Shown here: piece after piece, positions 21,458-31,357 of the stretch
Position numbering within the stretch: the stretch's first letter is position 1
How the letters are laid out: the number at the start of each line of letters is the position of its first letter
DNA from: an uncultured delta proteobacterium
GTDB lineage: Bacteria; Desulfobacterota; Desulfobacteria; Desulfobacterales; UBA11574
Assembly (NCBI GenBank): GCA_963752565.1
Contig: CAVVZC010000003.1
Span: 723,080-787,079 of the forward strand
DNA length: 64,000 bases
Direction of reading: 5' to 3'
Notes under the pieces: model-generated
Seen by the model: only the letters and a program-made list of their open reading frames with translations
What the model was told of the DNA's origin: nothing
Database searches by the model: none
Made by a program: the position numbers and the translations under genes

Positions 21458-21963
21458 GTGGACGGGGAGGTAATGCTGGATAGAAACTTGGCAGAACTCT
21501 ATGGTGTGGAAACCAAAGTATTGAAACAAGCGGTTAGAAGGGATATCGATAGATTTCCCGCTGATTTTAAGTTTGAGCTGACAAAAGAGGAATTTGAAAA
21601 CTTGAGGTCACAAATTGTGATCTCAAGTTGGGGTGGAGCCAGATATTTACCCATGGTCTTTACTGAGCAAGGGTGGCGATGTTGTCCAGTGTTCTGAAAA
21701 GTGGCCGAGCAATTCAAGTCAATATCCAGATAATGAGAACTTTTACCCAGCTTCGCAAGATGCTGTTGACCCATGAAGATTTAAAGAGAAAAATCGAGTC
21801 CATGGAGAAAAAATACGACGAACAATTTCAAATAGTATTTGAAGCAATTAAGCAGCTTTTGTCTGAGGAGGATAAACCCAAGAAAAAAATAGGGTATACA
21901 GTAAAGGAAAAACAAAAGGCCTACGCCATAAAGAAAAAACAAAAGCGCACATTAACGAACTGA
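21458..21963 (+). pseudogene. ORF6N (KilA-N-like) DNA-binding protein, frameshifted and lacking normal N-terminus
   Basis: [35 protein letters not shown] / [33 protein letters not shown]. Confidence 0.85.
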
Positions 21964-22067
21964 TTTTTTGCGCAGTGATGACATCTTAGGTTTTCTGACA
22001 CGATGAACAAGTTCTTCATGATTCTTTTTAACTGACAAATCTAAAGGTGACGGCAGAAACTTATCAC

Positions 22068-23441
22068 TTAAGGGGCGTCCCGCAAATCCTCATAGGGTTT
22101 TGCATACAATCGATCTTTACTTACACCCTTTTCATTTGCTTTCTGTATCCAAAAATTTTTGCCAAATTTTTTAAACATCCAGCGCCAAATCCCAAAAGAC
22201 ACCAGCGGTATAGGTGACTTTGAGATGAGTCTTTGCGTTTCAAAAGGCACGGTAACCCCTTTGGCCAAAGCCGTACCGGCCATATCCAGTGCCTTGATTA
22301 CATGTTTGACAGGTGGTCCCTGACGTTTTGACTGTGTGAGCTCCTGCTCTCCGCCCAGGGCTTCGCCAGCTCCCATGGCCAAAGATCCTGCCCAAGAGAA
22401 ACCGGATTGTTCAGCGAAACAATGACAAATTGCCAATGCCAGAGCATTTTGATCATATTCCGGAAAACCATTGTTGATAATGGTAAAGATCTGTTGATTT
22501 TTCTTATCCGTCAATGTTTTGTTGTGCGTGGCGATAACTTCAAAGGCCCTGGTCACGAGATGGGGCAGGGCATCTATATAAAGCGGAAAAGCCAGAATAA
22601 CGAGGTCGGCGCGATCCACGGCCAAACATAACTCGGTCTGCCCCTTTTCACGGTTTAGACTCGCTTTCAAATGCAATATGTCGGTGGTACACCCGGCTGT
22701 TTTTAATATTTCTAACACATGCTCCCCTAATATGGCTGATGTCGAACGATGCTTTATTTTTGGGCTGCCGATCAAAAGCAATGAATTTCGGGTTCCTTCA
22801 TTTATATTGTCCAAAGATCTCATATCAACTTTTGGGAAAAAAGACGCCATGTTATCAACAGGCTTGGGATCTTTTCGCGAAATGAGCCCATACAGTTTTT
22901 GGGTAATTGCTTCGTCATCATCATGGATGTTGATAACATCAGCAGCAAAGGTCGGGGCATGGAAATTAATCGCATTACGGCCCACTAATGTTTTAAAAAG
23001 TTCGGCTTCCGCTGTGTTGGGATGACGCTGAACTCCGATTCCCACCCACCGCGGGTAACGCGAATAGCGCGGATCGTGATGCGTTTCTCCATGGTAATTT
23101 CCAAAAAATGGCGATATCAGTGGAATAAGTCGATCAACGATAATTTTGAGCTGAGACGAATACCCGCCAAAGGTCACCGGCGTAAAAAGAATAACGACAT
23201 CGCTGCCTATAACCGCCTGGATAATCTCACGACCTTTATCATTGGCCACACAAATGCCCGGTGTTTTAACCCAACAACCGAAACATCCTGTACAATGGGC
23301 CAGTTTGATCTCTTTTAAGTGGTAACACTGTATCTTTGAAGCTTTATTGACCAATAAATTATTAAGCAGAGAAAAAGGAGGCGTTAAATCATCGTCCTCG
23401 TTTCTGGCTCCATTTAAGATAACCACCTTTTTTTGTGACAT
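22068..23441 (-). CDS. Tandem-domain flavodoxin / NAD(P)H-dependent FMN reductase family protein
   Basis: CTGCFGCWVKTPGIC (Fe-S flavoprotein motif), TPVTFGGYS; second domain GSPK, FPLYIDALP, NNGFPE. Confidence 0.85.
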   Translation of the reverse strand: MSQKKVVILNGARNEDDDLTPPFSLLNNLLVNKASKIQCYHLKEIKLAHCTGCFGCWVKTPGICVANDKGREIIQAVIGSDVVILFTPVTFGGYSSQLKIIVDRLIPLISPFFGNYHGETHHDPRYSRYPRWVGIGVQRHPNTAEAELFKTLVGRNAINFHAPTFAADVINIHDDDEAITQKLYGLISRKDPKPVDNMASFFPKVDMRSLDNINEGTRNSLLLIGSPKIKHRSTSAILGEHVLEILKTAGCTTDILHLKASLNREKGQTELCLAVDRADLVILAFPLYIDALPHLVTRAFEVIATHNKTLTDKKNQQIFTIINNGFPEYDQNALALAICHCFAEQSGFSWAGSLAMGAGEALGGEQELTQSKRQGPPVKHVIKALDMAGTALAKGVTVPFETQRLISKSPIPLVSFGIWRWMFKKFGKNFWIQKANEKGVSKDRLYAKPYEDLRDAP

Positions 23442-23890
23442 GTTGCTTTCCCCCTTGATTGAGAGAGGATGCTATTAAAAAGGTCGTCTGACCATTTTGA
23501 TAGCAGGATATGGATTTGTTGAAATACCGAATGTACAGCCCCTCTTTGAGGCAGTTATGATTCTTATTTGTCTAATGCAATCATGCTTGATGTTCAAGAT
23601 AAATAATCGTTCAAATGATGTTAGGCTCCTTCCCAAAAAAACAAACACTCGACACCTTGACCATGTCTGTCGCAACGCAGTGGAGATCCCGATTTATCGG
23701 GGAATCCTCGAACCCTGTATTTTATATACTGAACTCTAGCACTCGATCCCTGACCCCTGAATCAACGAGATGCCAAAAAGCAAAATTTTATGAACATCCA
23801 AAGTATCATGAGGGCGTAAGGCACGTTCTACACGAACGTCCTCAAAGATATACTTCCCCTAAGATAGATGGATAGATGTACGAATCAGGT

Positions 23891-23950
23891 CAAGCTCTGA
23901 TATGTCAGACTTATCACAGATTTTTGAAGTGGATGATATTTTCATCTTTT
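23891..23950 (+). repeat. Direct repeat copy 2 (of 19611..19670)
   Basis: 53/60 identical bases. Confidence 0.85.
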
Positions 23951-24660
23951 AGATGACTATCTGAATATTCACCAGGGTAAAAAGGAGATCAAATTATCAT
24001 CCCGATTGTATTAAATGAGGAACTGATACATCGTGAATTTAAAATCGGCTTGGATCGAAACAAAATTATACAATATATTGTGTCTACGAAATGAACAGGT
24101 TTTCATTAAAATATTGAAACTGAGCGTTAGATAGGTTATTCGTATCACATCAGTATGGAATCATAAGATATCTGAACTGTTTGCAAGGTATCACATAGTC
24201 TGGATTCTATAATAAATAAGAATTTTAGGGAGGTTCCTGATAACAGAAGTAGCTTTCGCTTCTCTTTAGAAATACTCAAAAGGTCAGCCTAATTACTCAA
24301 AAAGAATCAAGTTTGCCTCCTTTTGCAACCATTTAAATTTTTCGTTCTTCTCTGTTATTTTAATTAGCCTGCCAATTTTTCAAAATACAAACAATTTTTA
24401 GATGTTATCCAAAACCAAACACACCGGTTTGGTTGGACTGGGAAAGATTCCGTTTACAAACTTTTTTATCTATGGTAAAACATATTGAAACATTTTTTTT
24501 AGAAAAAAAATATGTGAGTAAAACAAACTGAAACAATAGATCAAAACGATTCAACGCTTCGCAGGGCTTTGAATCTTTTGATGCTAAAAATTTAATACAA
24601 CCTGATGCGGTCATTTTTCAATAAGCGACAGTATTACATATATCGTTTGGACTTCAGACT

Positions 24661-26079
24661 TTGAACACATTGCAACACACACAAATTAAGGGATTATTTG
24701 ACACTTCCATCGAATTGCCTTCTTTGATCGATGAAATTCCTTTGGGTATTGTGGTGCTTGATACCCAGCGGCGAATTGTGCTGATCAATCGTGCTTTTGA
24801 GGCCCTTAGCGGCTTTTCCATGGAAGATGCAAGAGGAATCCCCTGTTTTCACATCATGCGGAGCAGGCTGTGTATACAGAAATGCCCACTTCAAAAGATG
24901 GATTCAAATTCCGAATCCATTCTTGTTGAAAGCGACATGATCAACAAAGAACGGGAGTTGATTCCGGTGCTGATCAACCTCTCTCCAATCAAGGACACTG
25001 AAGGTAATCTGACCGGTTTTCTGGAAACCGTTGAAGACCTTCGTCCCCTTAAAGAAGTGGATGCCAAGACACCCCAGGCGTATGCTTATCGTCATCTTAT
25101 CGGAAAGAGTCCTAAAATGACGCGGATTTTCCAAACCCTTCCGTTGCTTGCTCAGAGTGATTCGGCGATTTTGATTACCGGTGAGACCGGAACCGGTAAA
25201 GACATGCTGGCAGAAGCCATCCACCAGGCTTCCAATCGAGCAAAAGGTCCATTTGTCAAGGTCAATTGCGGTGCATTGCCCGAAACCTTGCTGGAATCCG
25301 AGCTTTTCGGCCACCGAAAAGGGGCGTTTACGGGTGCGGTGGAAAACAAACCCGGACGATTTCGCCTGGCCCACAACGGGACCCTCTATCTTACAGAGAT
25401 CGGGGATCTTCCCCTGCCACTACAAGTCAAGCTTTTAACGTTTCTGGATGATAAGGTGGTCTATCCTTTAGGAAGCACCAAAGGGTTTCAGGCCGATGTT
25501 CGAGTCATTGCCGCCACCCATCGCAATCTTGATCTCATGGTTAAAGAGAGAAAGTTTCGAGAAGACCTGATGTTTCGGTTGAACGTGGTGAGATTGCATC
25601 TACCGCCGTTGAGGGAGCGGGGAGACGATATTCGACTTATTTTGGATCACTTTATTAATATTTTTGCCACACGATTCCGAAAAGATATCAATGGATTGTC
25701 CAAGAAGGCTCTCAAGATTTTACTGGATTATCCTTTTCCCGGAAATGTAAGGGAGCTCAGAAACATTATTGAATACGCCGTGAATATTTGTCCCAGAGGA
25801 CAGATACAATTCACACACCTTCCGGCCTATCTTTCCGAGACGAAACATCATTATGACCGTTCAACGTCGGAAGCCGGTGAAGCGTACGAATGGACGGCAT
25901 CATTTGTAAAAACCAACAGCGAACAAAGCGGCCAAAAGACGTGGGCGTCTCTGGAAAGAGATATGATTATAGAAGCACTGGTCAAAAGCAAGGGACGACG
26001 CAACAAAGCGGCCGATATGCTGGGGTGGGGACGGAGCACATTGTGGAGAAAAATGAAACAATACAAAATAGACGCCTGA
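24661..26079 (+). CDS. PAS-domain sigma54-dependent activator, OrpR-like
   Basis: PAS with CFHIMRSRLCIQKC (C-X8-C-X3-C), GETGTGK, ESELFGH, GAFTGA, Fis HTH. Confidence 0.9.
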   Translation: MNTLQHTQIKGLFDTSIELPSLIDEIPLGIVVLDTQRRIVLINRAFEALSGFSMEDARGIPCFHIMRSRLCIQKCPLQKMDSNSESILVESDMINKERELIPVLINLSPIKDTEGNLTGFLETVEDLRPLKEVDAKTPQAYAYRHLIGKSPKMTRIFQTLPLLAQSDSAILITGETGTGKDMLAEAIHQASNRAKGPFVKVNCGALPETLLESELFGHRKGAFTGAVENKPGRFRLAHNGTLYLTEIGDLPLPLQVKLLTFLDDKVVYPLGSTKGFQADVRVIAATHRNLDLMVKERKFREDLMFRLNVVRLHLPPLRERGDDIRLILDHFINIFATRFRKDINGLSKKALKILLDYPFPGNVRELRNIIEYAVNICPRGQIQFTHLPAYLSETKHHYDRSTSEAGEAYEWTASFVKTNSEQSGQKTWASLERDMIIEALVKSKGRRNKAADMLGWGRSTLWRKMKQYKIDA

Positions 26080-26153
26080 TAATTATGGACTTAAATGAAA
26101 CAATTTGATACTTAATTTTGACATGCCAAATTTGAGGGATTCAACGCTTAACA

Positions 26154-26487
26154 ATGGAACAAAAGATTCTCATCCCTTTATACGTCGATCAGGTGGCGCC
26201 GCGCTTTGATTTGGCCACAGAGGTCTCTATTGTCTCAATGGCAGATGACGGCCGGCCCATAGAAAAAAAGACCGTGGTTCTTACCGCGGGCGTCGGCAGA
26301 ACAGCTCTGTCATCTTGTTCTTTTGGAAAAAATAGGGACAGTGGTGTGTGGTGGAATTGAAGATGAGTATTATCAATATCTTAAATGGAAAAACGTGAAA
26401 GTCCTGGATTCCGTGATCGGTTCTTACAAAGATGTTATAAAACGACTGGAATCAGGAACGCTTCAATCCGGAGATATCATTCGATAA
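26154..26487 (+). CDS. NifB/NifX (Di-Nase FeMo-co) family protein, frameshifted
   Basis: VAPRFDLA then, in shifted frame, LCHLVLLEKIGTVVCGGIEDEYYQYLKWK. Confidence 0.8.
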
Positions 26488-26505
26488 TGGGTTGGTGGAG
26501 GGAAA

Positions 26506-28229
26506 ATGGCGCTGAATCTTAAAAAATGGTTCAATATTAGAGAAATTCTGCAAATGCTCACCAACGCAGATTCACCTTCAGATCGATATCGACTCTTCCA
26601 GAGGAACATTAGAGTCTTGATGATTGTACTGACCATTGTTCCCTTGTCGATGATGGCTTTAATCAACTACCACCAGTACCAGAGCAGCCTCAAACAAGAG
26701 ATGATCGACCCAACTAAGTTGCTGGTAAGCAAGACCAGACACTCTTTTGAATTCTTCCTTAATGAACGACAATCTTTGATAAAATCCATTTCTTATTTTT
26801 ATTCTCTTAATGATTTATGTGACGAAAAGAAATTGAATCACATTCTTTTTACACTCAAAAAGGAATTTATTGGATTTGTTGATCTTGGCCTTATAAACGG
26901 TTCTGACGGTACACAGATGTGCTATGTAGGCCCGTATAACCTTCTTGGAAAAAATTATGCAAATCAGGATTGGTTTCAAGAAGCTACGCTTAAAGGAACA
27001 TATATCAGCGATGTATTTATGGGATACCGAAAATTCCCTCACATTACCATAGCTGTTCAACGTCTTGAAGAGAACGGGGAATCCTGGATTCTTACGAACC
27101 ACCATCGACACAACCATGTTCGACAATCTCATCGCTTCCATGGGGCTCGATGCGGAAAGCGATGCATTTATTCTTAACAAGGAGGGCATATTCCAGACCA
27201 ATTCCCGTTTGTACGGAAAGGTCCTTGAACAGTGTCCTTTGAAGATTCCTACGGGCGGGTATGCAACGTATGTCGATGAACGAAAGGATCCCGGCGGGAA
27301 CGATGTTTTCTTGGCCTATACCCATTTAACTTATCCTGAATACACCCTGGTGATCGTAAAACCTAAGTCCACTGTTTTGAAAACCTGGTATGCACTGAAA
27401 AGTGACCTGTTTCTTGTTTTTCTGGTCAGCTCCATACTGATTGTCATTGTGGTCTTCAGGTTAACAGGTATCATGATGAATCGCATCAGAGAAGCGGATC
27501 ATAATCGGGAGATCGCCTTTAGAGAATTACAGCACCATCACAAGCTTTCTTCCATCGGCAGGCTTGCCGCTGGTGTGGCTCATGAGATCAACAATCCCCT
27601 GGCCATTATCAACGAAAAAGCCGGACTTATCAAAGATCTCATTGAATACACCCCGGATTTTGCGCAAAAAGAAAAGTTTTCGACACTGGTGGGGTCTATT
27701 TTGCAGTCCGTGAGTCGTTGTAGAACCATAACCCACCGTCTGCTGGGATTTGCAAAACGGATGGAGGTTGAGGTTGAAACTCTGGACCTTAACGAACTTA
27801 TAGAGGAAGTGTTGGGTTTTTTGGAAAAAGAAGCCCTTTACCGGAATATCGATATCGGGCTGGAATTGGCAAAGGATCTGCCCAGGATCGATTCGGATCG
27901 GGGACAGCTCCAGCAGGTTTTTTTGAACATTTTGAATAATGCCATGGCTGCTGTGGAAGACGAGGGGCGGATTCTCATTACCACCTGGGAAAAAGATGCG
28001 AATACTGTCGCTGCTTCCATCCATGACAATGGCTGCGGTATGTCGGAGGAAACATGCCGGCATATCTTTGAGCCTTTTTTTACCACCAAAAAAGAACACG
28101 GAACCGGCCTTGGGCTTTCCATTACCTACGGTATTGTCAAAAAGCTTGGCGGAGATATCGAGGTGAAGAGCAAAGAGCAACGAAGGAACCACTTTTAAGA
28201 TTTTTCTGCCGAAAAAATCAATTGCATAA
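26506..28229 (+). CDS. Cache-domain sensor histidine kinase (two frameshifts)
   Basis: TM-Cache(ISDVFMGYR)-TM, AAGVAHEINNPL, LQQVFLN, DNGCG, FFTTK, GTGLGL; spans ORFs 26506..27177 and 27065..28198. Confidence 0.88.
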
Positions 28230-28243
28230 AACGGAGGCATAGC

Positions 28244-28615
28244 ATGGACCGGATGAAAATCCTGCTTGTTGACGATGAGCATGAATTTGTCACGACTCTG
28301 GCCGAAAGACTGGAGTTGAGAAATATGAATGTTTCGATTGCCATGGACGGTGAGACGGCATTGGGCTTTGTTGAAAACGATCCGCCTCAGGTCGTGGTAT
28401 TGGATGTGATGATGCCGGGGCTGAGCGGATTGGAGGTCCTGGAGAAAATCAAAGCCATGGATTCCAAAATACAGGTGATTCTTCTCACCGGTCACGGGGC
28501 CACCAAAGACGGAATCCGGGGAATGCAGCTGGGCGCTTTTGACTACCTGATAAAACCCATCGATATAGACGAGTTGATTGAAAAGTTGAATGAGGCGGTT
28601 AAAAGTATGGCTTAG
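28244..28615 (+). CDS. Single-domain response regulator
   Basis: LLVDDE, LDVMMPG, LTGHG, KP. Confidence 0.92.
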   Translation: MDRMKILLVDDEHEFVTTLAERLELRNMNVSIAMDGETALGFVENDPPQVVVLDVMMPGLSGLEVLEKIKAMDSKIQVILLTGHGATKDGIRGMQLGAFDYLIKPIDIDELIEKLNEAVKSMA

Positions 28616-28649
28616 AAAGCCGCTAAAAACCTGTGCAAAAGGGGACGAC

Positions 28650-29321
28650 ATGAATCACTTAAAACGCAAAGAGGTGGCTTTTTTCGGCAAAATAACGGCC
28701 GGCATAACCCACGAAATTAAAAACGTTTTGGCCATCATCCAGGAATCGTCGGGTTTAATGGAAGATATTCTTGACATCACCGAAAACGGCACTTTTCCCC
28801 ACAAAGACAAGTTCATAAAATCCTTGAATAGAATTCGCGGACAAATTCAACGCGGCATTGATATCACCTCCCGCTTGAACCGGTTCGCCCACAGCCCCGA
28901 TCACTGCCCCGCAAGCCTGGATCTTAACGAAATAACGGAACAGATGGTTTTGCTGGCGTCCCGTTTCGCAAGGCTTAAAAATGTCGTTCTGGAATCGAGT
29001 CCCTCAGATCCGCCGCTGATCATTAAGTCAGATCCTGTATCCTTGGAAATGGCATTGTTTGAATCCATTGAAATCCTTCTTAATGTAATAGGTTCCGGCG
29101 GCAAAATAACGCTTTCTCCACGGAAAATACAGAATAAGTGCGTATTGGGTGTCGGATATGAAAATACCGTTCTTCCCGAAGAAGACTTTCTGGCCAAAAT
29201 ATCTTCCACCGAACGCTGGGCATCATTGCAGGAGATCATGGCTTATCTGGGTGGTACCGCCAAAGTGTTTGGTCCGGCCCCGGAAATTTTGCTGTACCTT
29301 CCCGAATCCATAGATGATTAA
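28650..29321 (+). CDS. Soluble histidine-kinase-like protein with degenerate ATPase domain
   Basis: H-box THEIKNVL present; N/G1/F/G2 boxes not recognisable. Confidence 0.75.
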   Translation: MNHLKRKEVAFFGKITAGITHEIKNVLAIIQESSGLMEDILDITENGTFPHKDKFIKSLNRIRGQIQRGIDITSRLNRFAHSPDHCPASLDLNEITEQMVLLASRFARLKNVVLESSPSDPPLIIKSDPVSLEMALFESIEILLNVIGSGGKITLSPRKIQNKCVLGVGYENTVLPEEDFLAKISSTERWASLQEIMAYLGGTAKVFGPAPEILLYLPESIDD

Positions 29322-29322
29322 A

Positions 29323-29375
29323 AACGTTTCAAATTAGTTCATTTCGAACGTTTCAAAATGGTTCAAATATGAACC
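29323..29375 (+). promoter_or_regulatory. Putative enhancer (UAS) for the downstream sigma54 promoter
   Basis: AACGTTTCAAAWTRGTTCA repeated at 24-bp period (29323, 29347) plus GTTCA...TGAAC dyad. Confidence 0.6.
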
Positions 29376-29439
29376 ACCCCTCTCTTTTATATTCCTCCAG
29401 CATCGTTAAAACCAATTGATATCATTATATATAAAGATA

Positions 29440-29456
29440 TTGGCACATTCCTTGCT
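29440..29456 (+). promoter_or_regulatory. sigma54 promoter of the CBS/DASS operon
   Basis: TTGGCACATTCCTTGCT, consensus -24/-12. Confidence 0.85.
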
Positions 29457-29506
29457 GTATTAGAGGGCAACATCGCCCGAATCGTCAAGACCATAAGGAG
29501 GGTGCC

Positions 29507-29672
29507 ATGAAAAGATGGATCAAAAAATTTGAAAACGTCTTTGTCTCGGTCGCTTTTGCAGAAATGGATGAACACGACGATGCCAGAGAATATGCTCGGG
29601 ATAAAGCCCGTGGATCCTAAAAAATTATGGGATGATGTTTTTATTTCAGTCACTTTTGCCGAGGCCGGATAA
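29507..29672 (+). CDS. Small FAEAGE-motif protein (frameshifted; absent from ORF track)
   Basis: RBS AAGGAGG; MKRWIKKFENVFVSVAFAEMDEHDDARE / MLGIKPVDPKKLWDDVFISVTFAEAG*. Confidence 0.65.
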
Positions 29673-29750
29673 TACGAACCTTAACAGACGATCAGGAAAA
29701 GAGGTAGCTGTATTGAATCTCATTTCCTGGAAACGCCTTACGATTAGATC

Positions 29751-30296
29751 ATGGGAATTACGATTTTGATCATAGAAGAAGACAGCATGTTGCAGGAACA
29801 CCTTGTGCGATATTTGAAAACCAATGATTGGCGGATATTCAATTCCAGGCAGCAAAAAGACATCAAACGGAATTTAAAAAAACATCCTATCGATGTGGTG
29901 TTGCTGAGCCTGAACGATCTCAAAAAAGATGGGATGGCTTTGATCAAAATGATCAAAAAAAAGCATCCCGCTGTTCAAGTCATAACCATCAACAGCGGGG
30001 ATCAGATTTCTCTGTCAATAGAAGGGATGAAACTGGGCGTATTTGACGACTTTCTCATGCCTCTTGATCTGGATTCTCTCATTTCCAGAATCCACGAGGC
30101 TTATGAAGAAAAGAAAAACGTCGAAATCGTCAAACTTTCGCTGTTTTAGCGCTGTCAGGATTTAATGGTGGCAGCCAGTTTTGCGGAGGCCGGCGAAGCA
30201 GATATGGCCAAAGAACTATTGACAACAGGATGTAAAACAAAAGAAAATATAAAAAATTCTCTACATAATAAAAAGAATGAAAGGAGAAAAAAATGA
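29751..30296 (+). CDS. Atypical response regulator with FAEAGE tail; in-frame TAG at 30147
   Basis: REC fold with non-canonical acidic pocket (IIEED, LLSL); after TAG the frame continues RCQDLMVAASFAEAGEADMAKELL to TGA overlapping next ATG. Confidence 0.75.
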
Positions 30297-30748
30297 AAGA
30301 GATGAAAGTATTGTTGGTAGACGATGAAGAGGAATTCGTAAAAGCTTTAGCTGAACGAATGAAGATGCGGGATGTGGATTCGGATGTGGCACTTAGCGGG
30401 GAAGAGGCGATTAAAACCATGGACGAGGATCTTCCGGATGTCATGGTTTTGACCTGAAAATGCCCGGCATGGACGGGATGGAGGTTTTGAAGGCGTGCCA
30501 AAAAGGCGTATCCCGGCGTTCAGATCATTATGCTCACCGGACATGGGTCTGAAAAAGACGAAAAAGAGGCTCGACGTCTGGGTGTTTTCGAGTATCTTCA
30601 GAAAGCCGGTTCCATCGAAAAACTCATGAAGACCATCACCGAGGCTTACAAAAGCAAATTTGAGGACGCTATGAGCGCCGCTGCTTTTGCTGAAGCCGGT
30701 GAATTCGAAACTGCGAAAGAAATTCTCGATCGCGACAAGAAAAAATAA
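30293..30748 (+). CDS. Response regulator with FAEAGE tail (frameshifted)
   Basis: MKEMKVLLVDDEEEF...MPGMDG...MLTGHG...AAAFAEAGEFETAKEIL. Confidence 0.85.
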
Positions 30749-30789
30749 CCTTCAATGCTAACAAAATTGAAGAAAGGGAGAGATATATC

Positions 30790-31344
30790 ATGCAAAAACA
30801 GGTGGTCAAAGACATCATGATCCCTTTGGAACGATACGCCACCATCCATAAGGATCGTCTTTTGATAGACGCGATTGATGCGCTGGAAAAGGCTCAGAAA
30901 GAGTTTGAAGAATCGCCTTATGTGCATCGGGCAGTTTTGGCCTATGATGACAACAAAAAGGTTGTCGGTAAATTAAGCCAATGGGATGTCATCAAATGTC
31001 TTGAGCCCAAGTATGAAACCTTTGGGGATATACGGTCGACATCGCTTTCCGGCCTCAGCCCGGAGTTAATCAAATCCATGATGAAAAAATATAGCCTGTG
31101 GCAGGCGGATCTGGATGATATTTGCAACCGGGTTGCCAGAAAAAAAGTAAAGGACGTAATGTACAGACCCACGGAAGACGAAAAAATCGATGCGGATGCG
31201 ACGATGGGTGAGGCACTGCATAGTTTTATTATCGGTCATCATCAGTCTCTTCTTGTCACAAAAGAATCGGAGATCGTCGGCATTTTGAGACTCACGGATG
31301 TGTTCAAATTGCTTTGTGAAAGAGTGAAAAAATGCAGAATTTAA
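30790..31344 (+). CDS. CBS-domain pair protein
   Basis: VKDIMIPL..YATI, VVGKLSQ.D, VKDVM, IVGILRLTDVF. Confidence 0.9.
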   Translation: MQKQVVKDIMIPLERYATIHKDRLLIDAIDALEKAQKEFEESPYVHRAVLAYDDNKKVVGKLSQWDVIKCLEPKYETFGDIRSTSLSGLSPELIKSMMKKYSLWQADLDDICNRVARKKVKDVMYRPTEDEKIDADATMGEALHSFIIGHHQSLLVTKESEIVGILRLTDVFKLLCERVKKCRI

Positions 31345-31357
31345 CGGAGGATCGTCA

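Noticed and set aside
21458-21963. Prophage suggested by ORF6N
   Set aside because: No integrase, structural or replication genes nearby; lone ORF6N genes are common in chromosomes
27527-28651. Long antisense ORFs (e.g. 27527..28651, 1055..1741, 17349..17837)
   Set aside because: Shadows of well-supported genes on the opposite strand with no recognisable motifs
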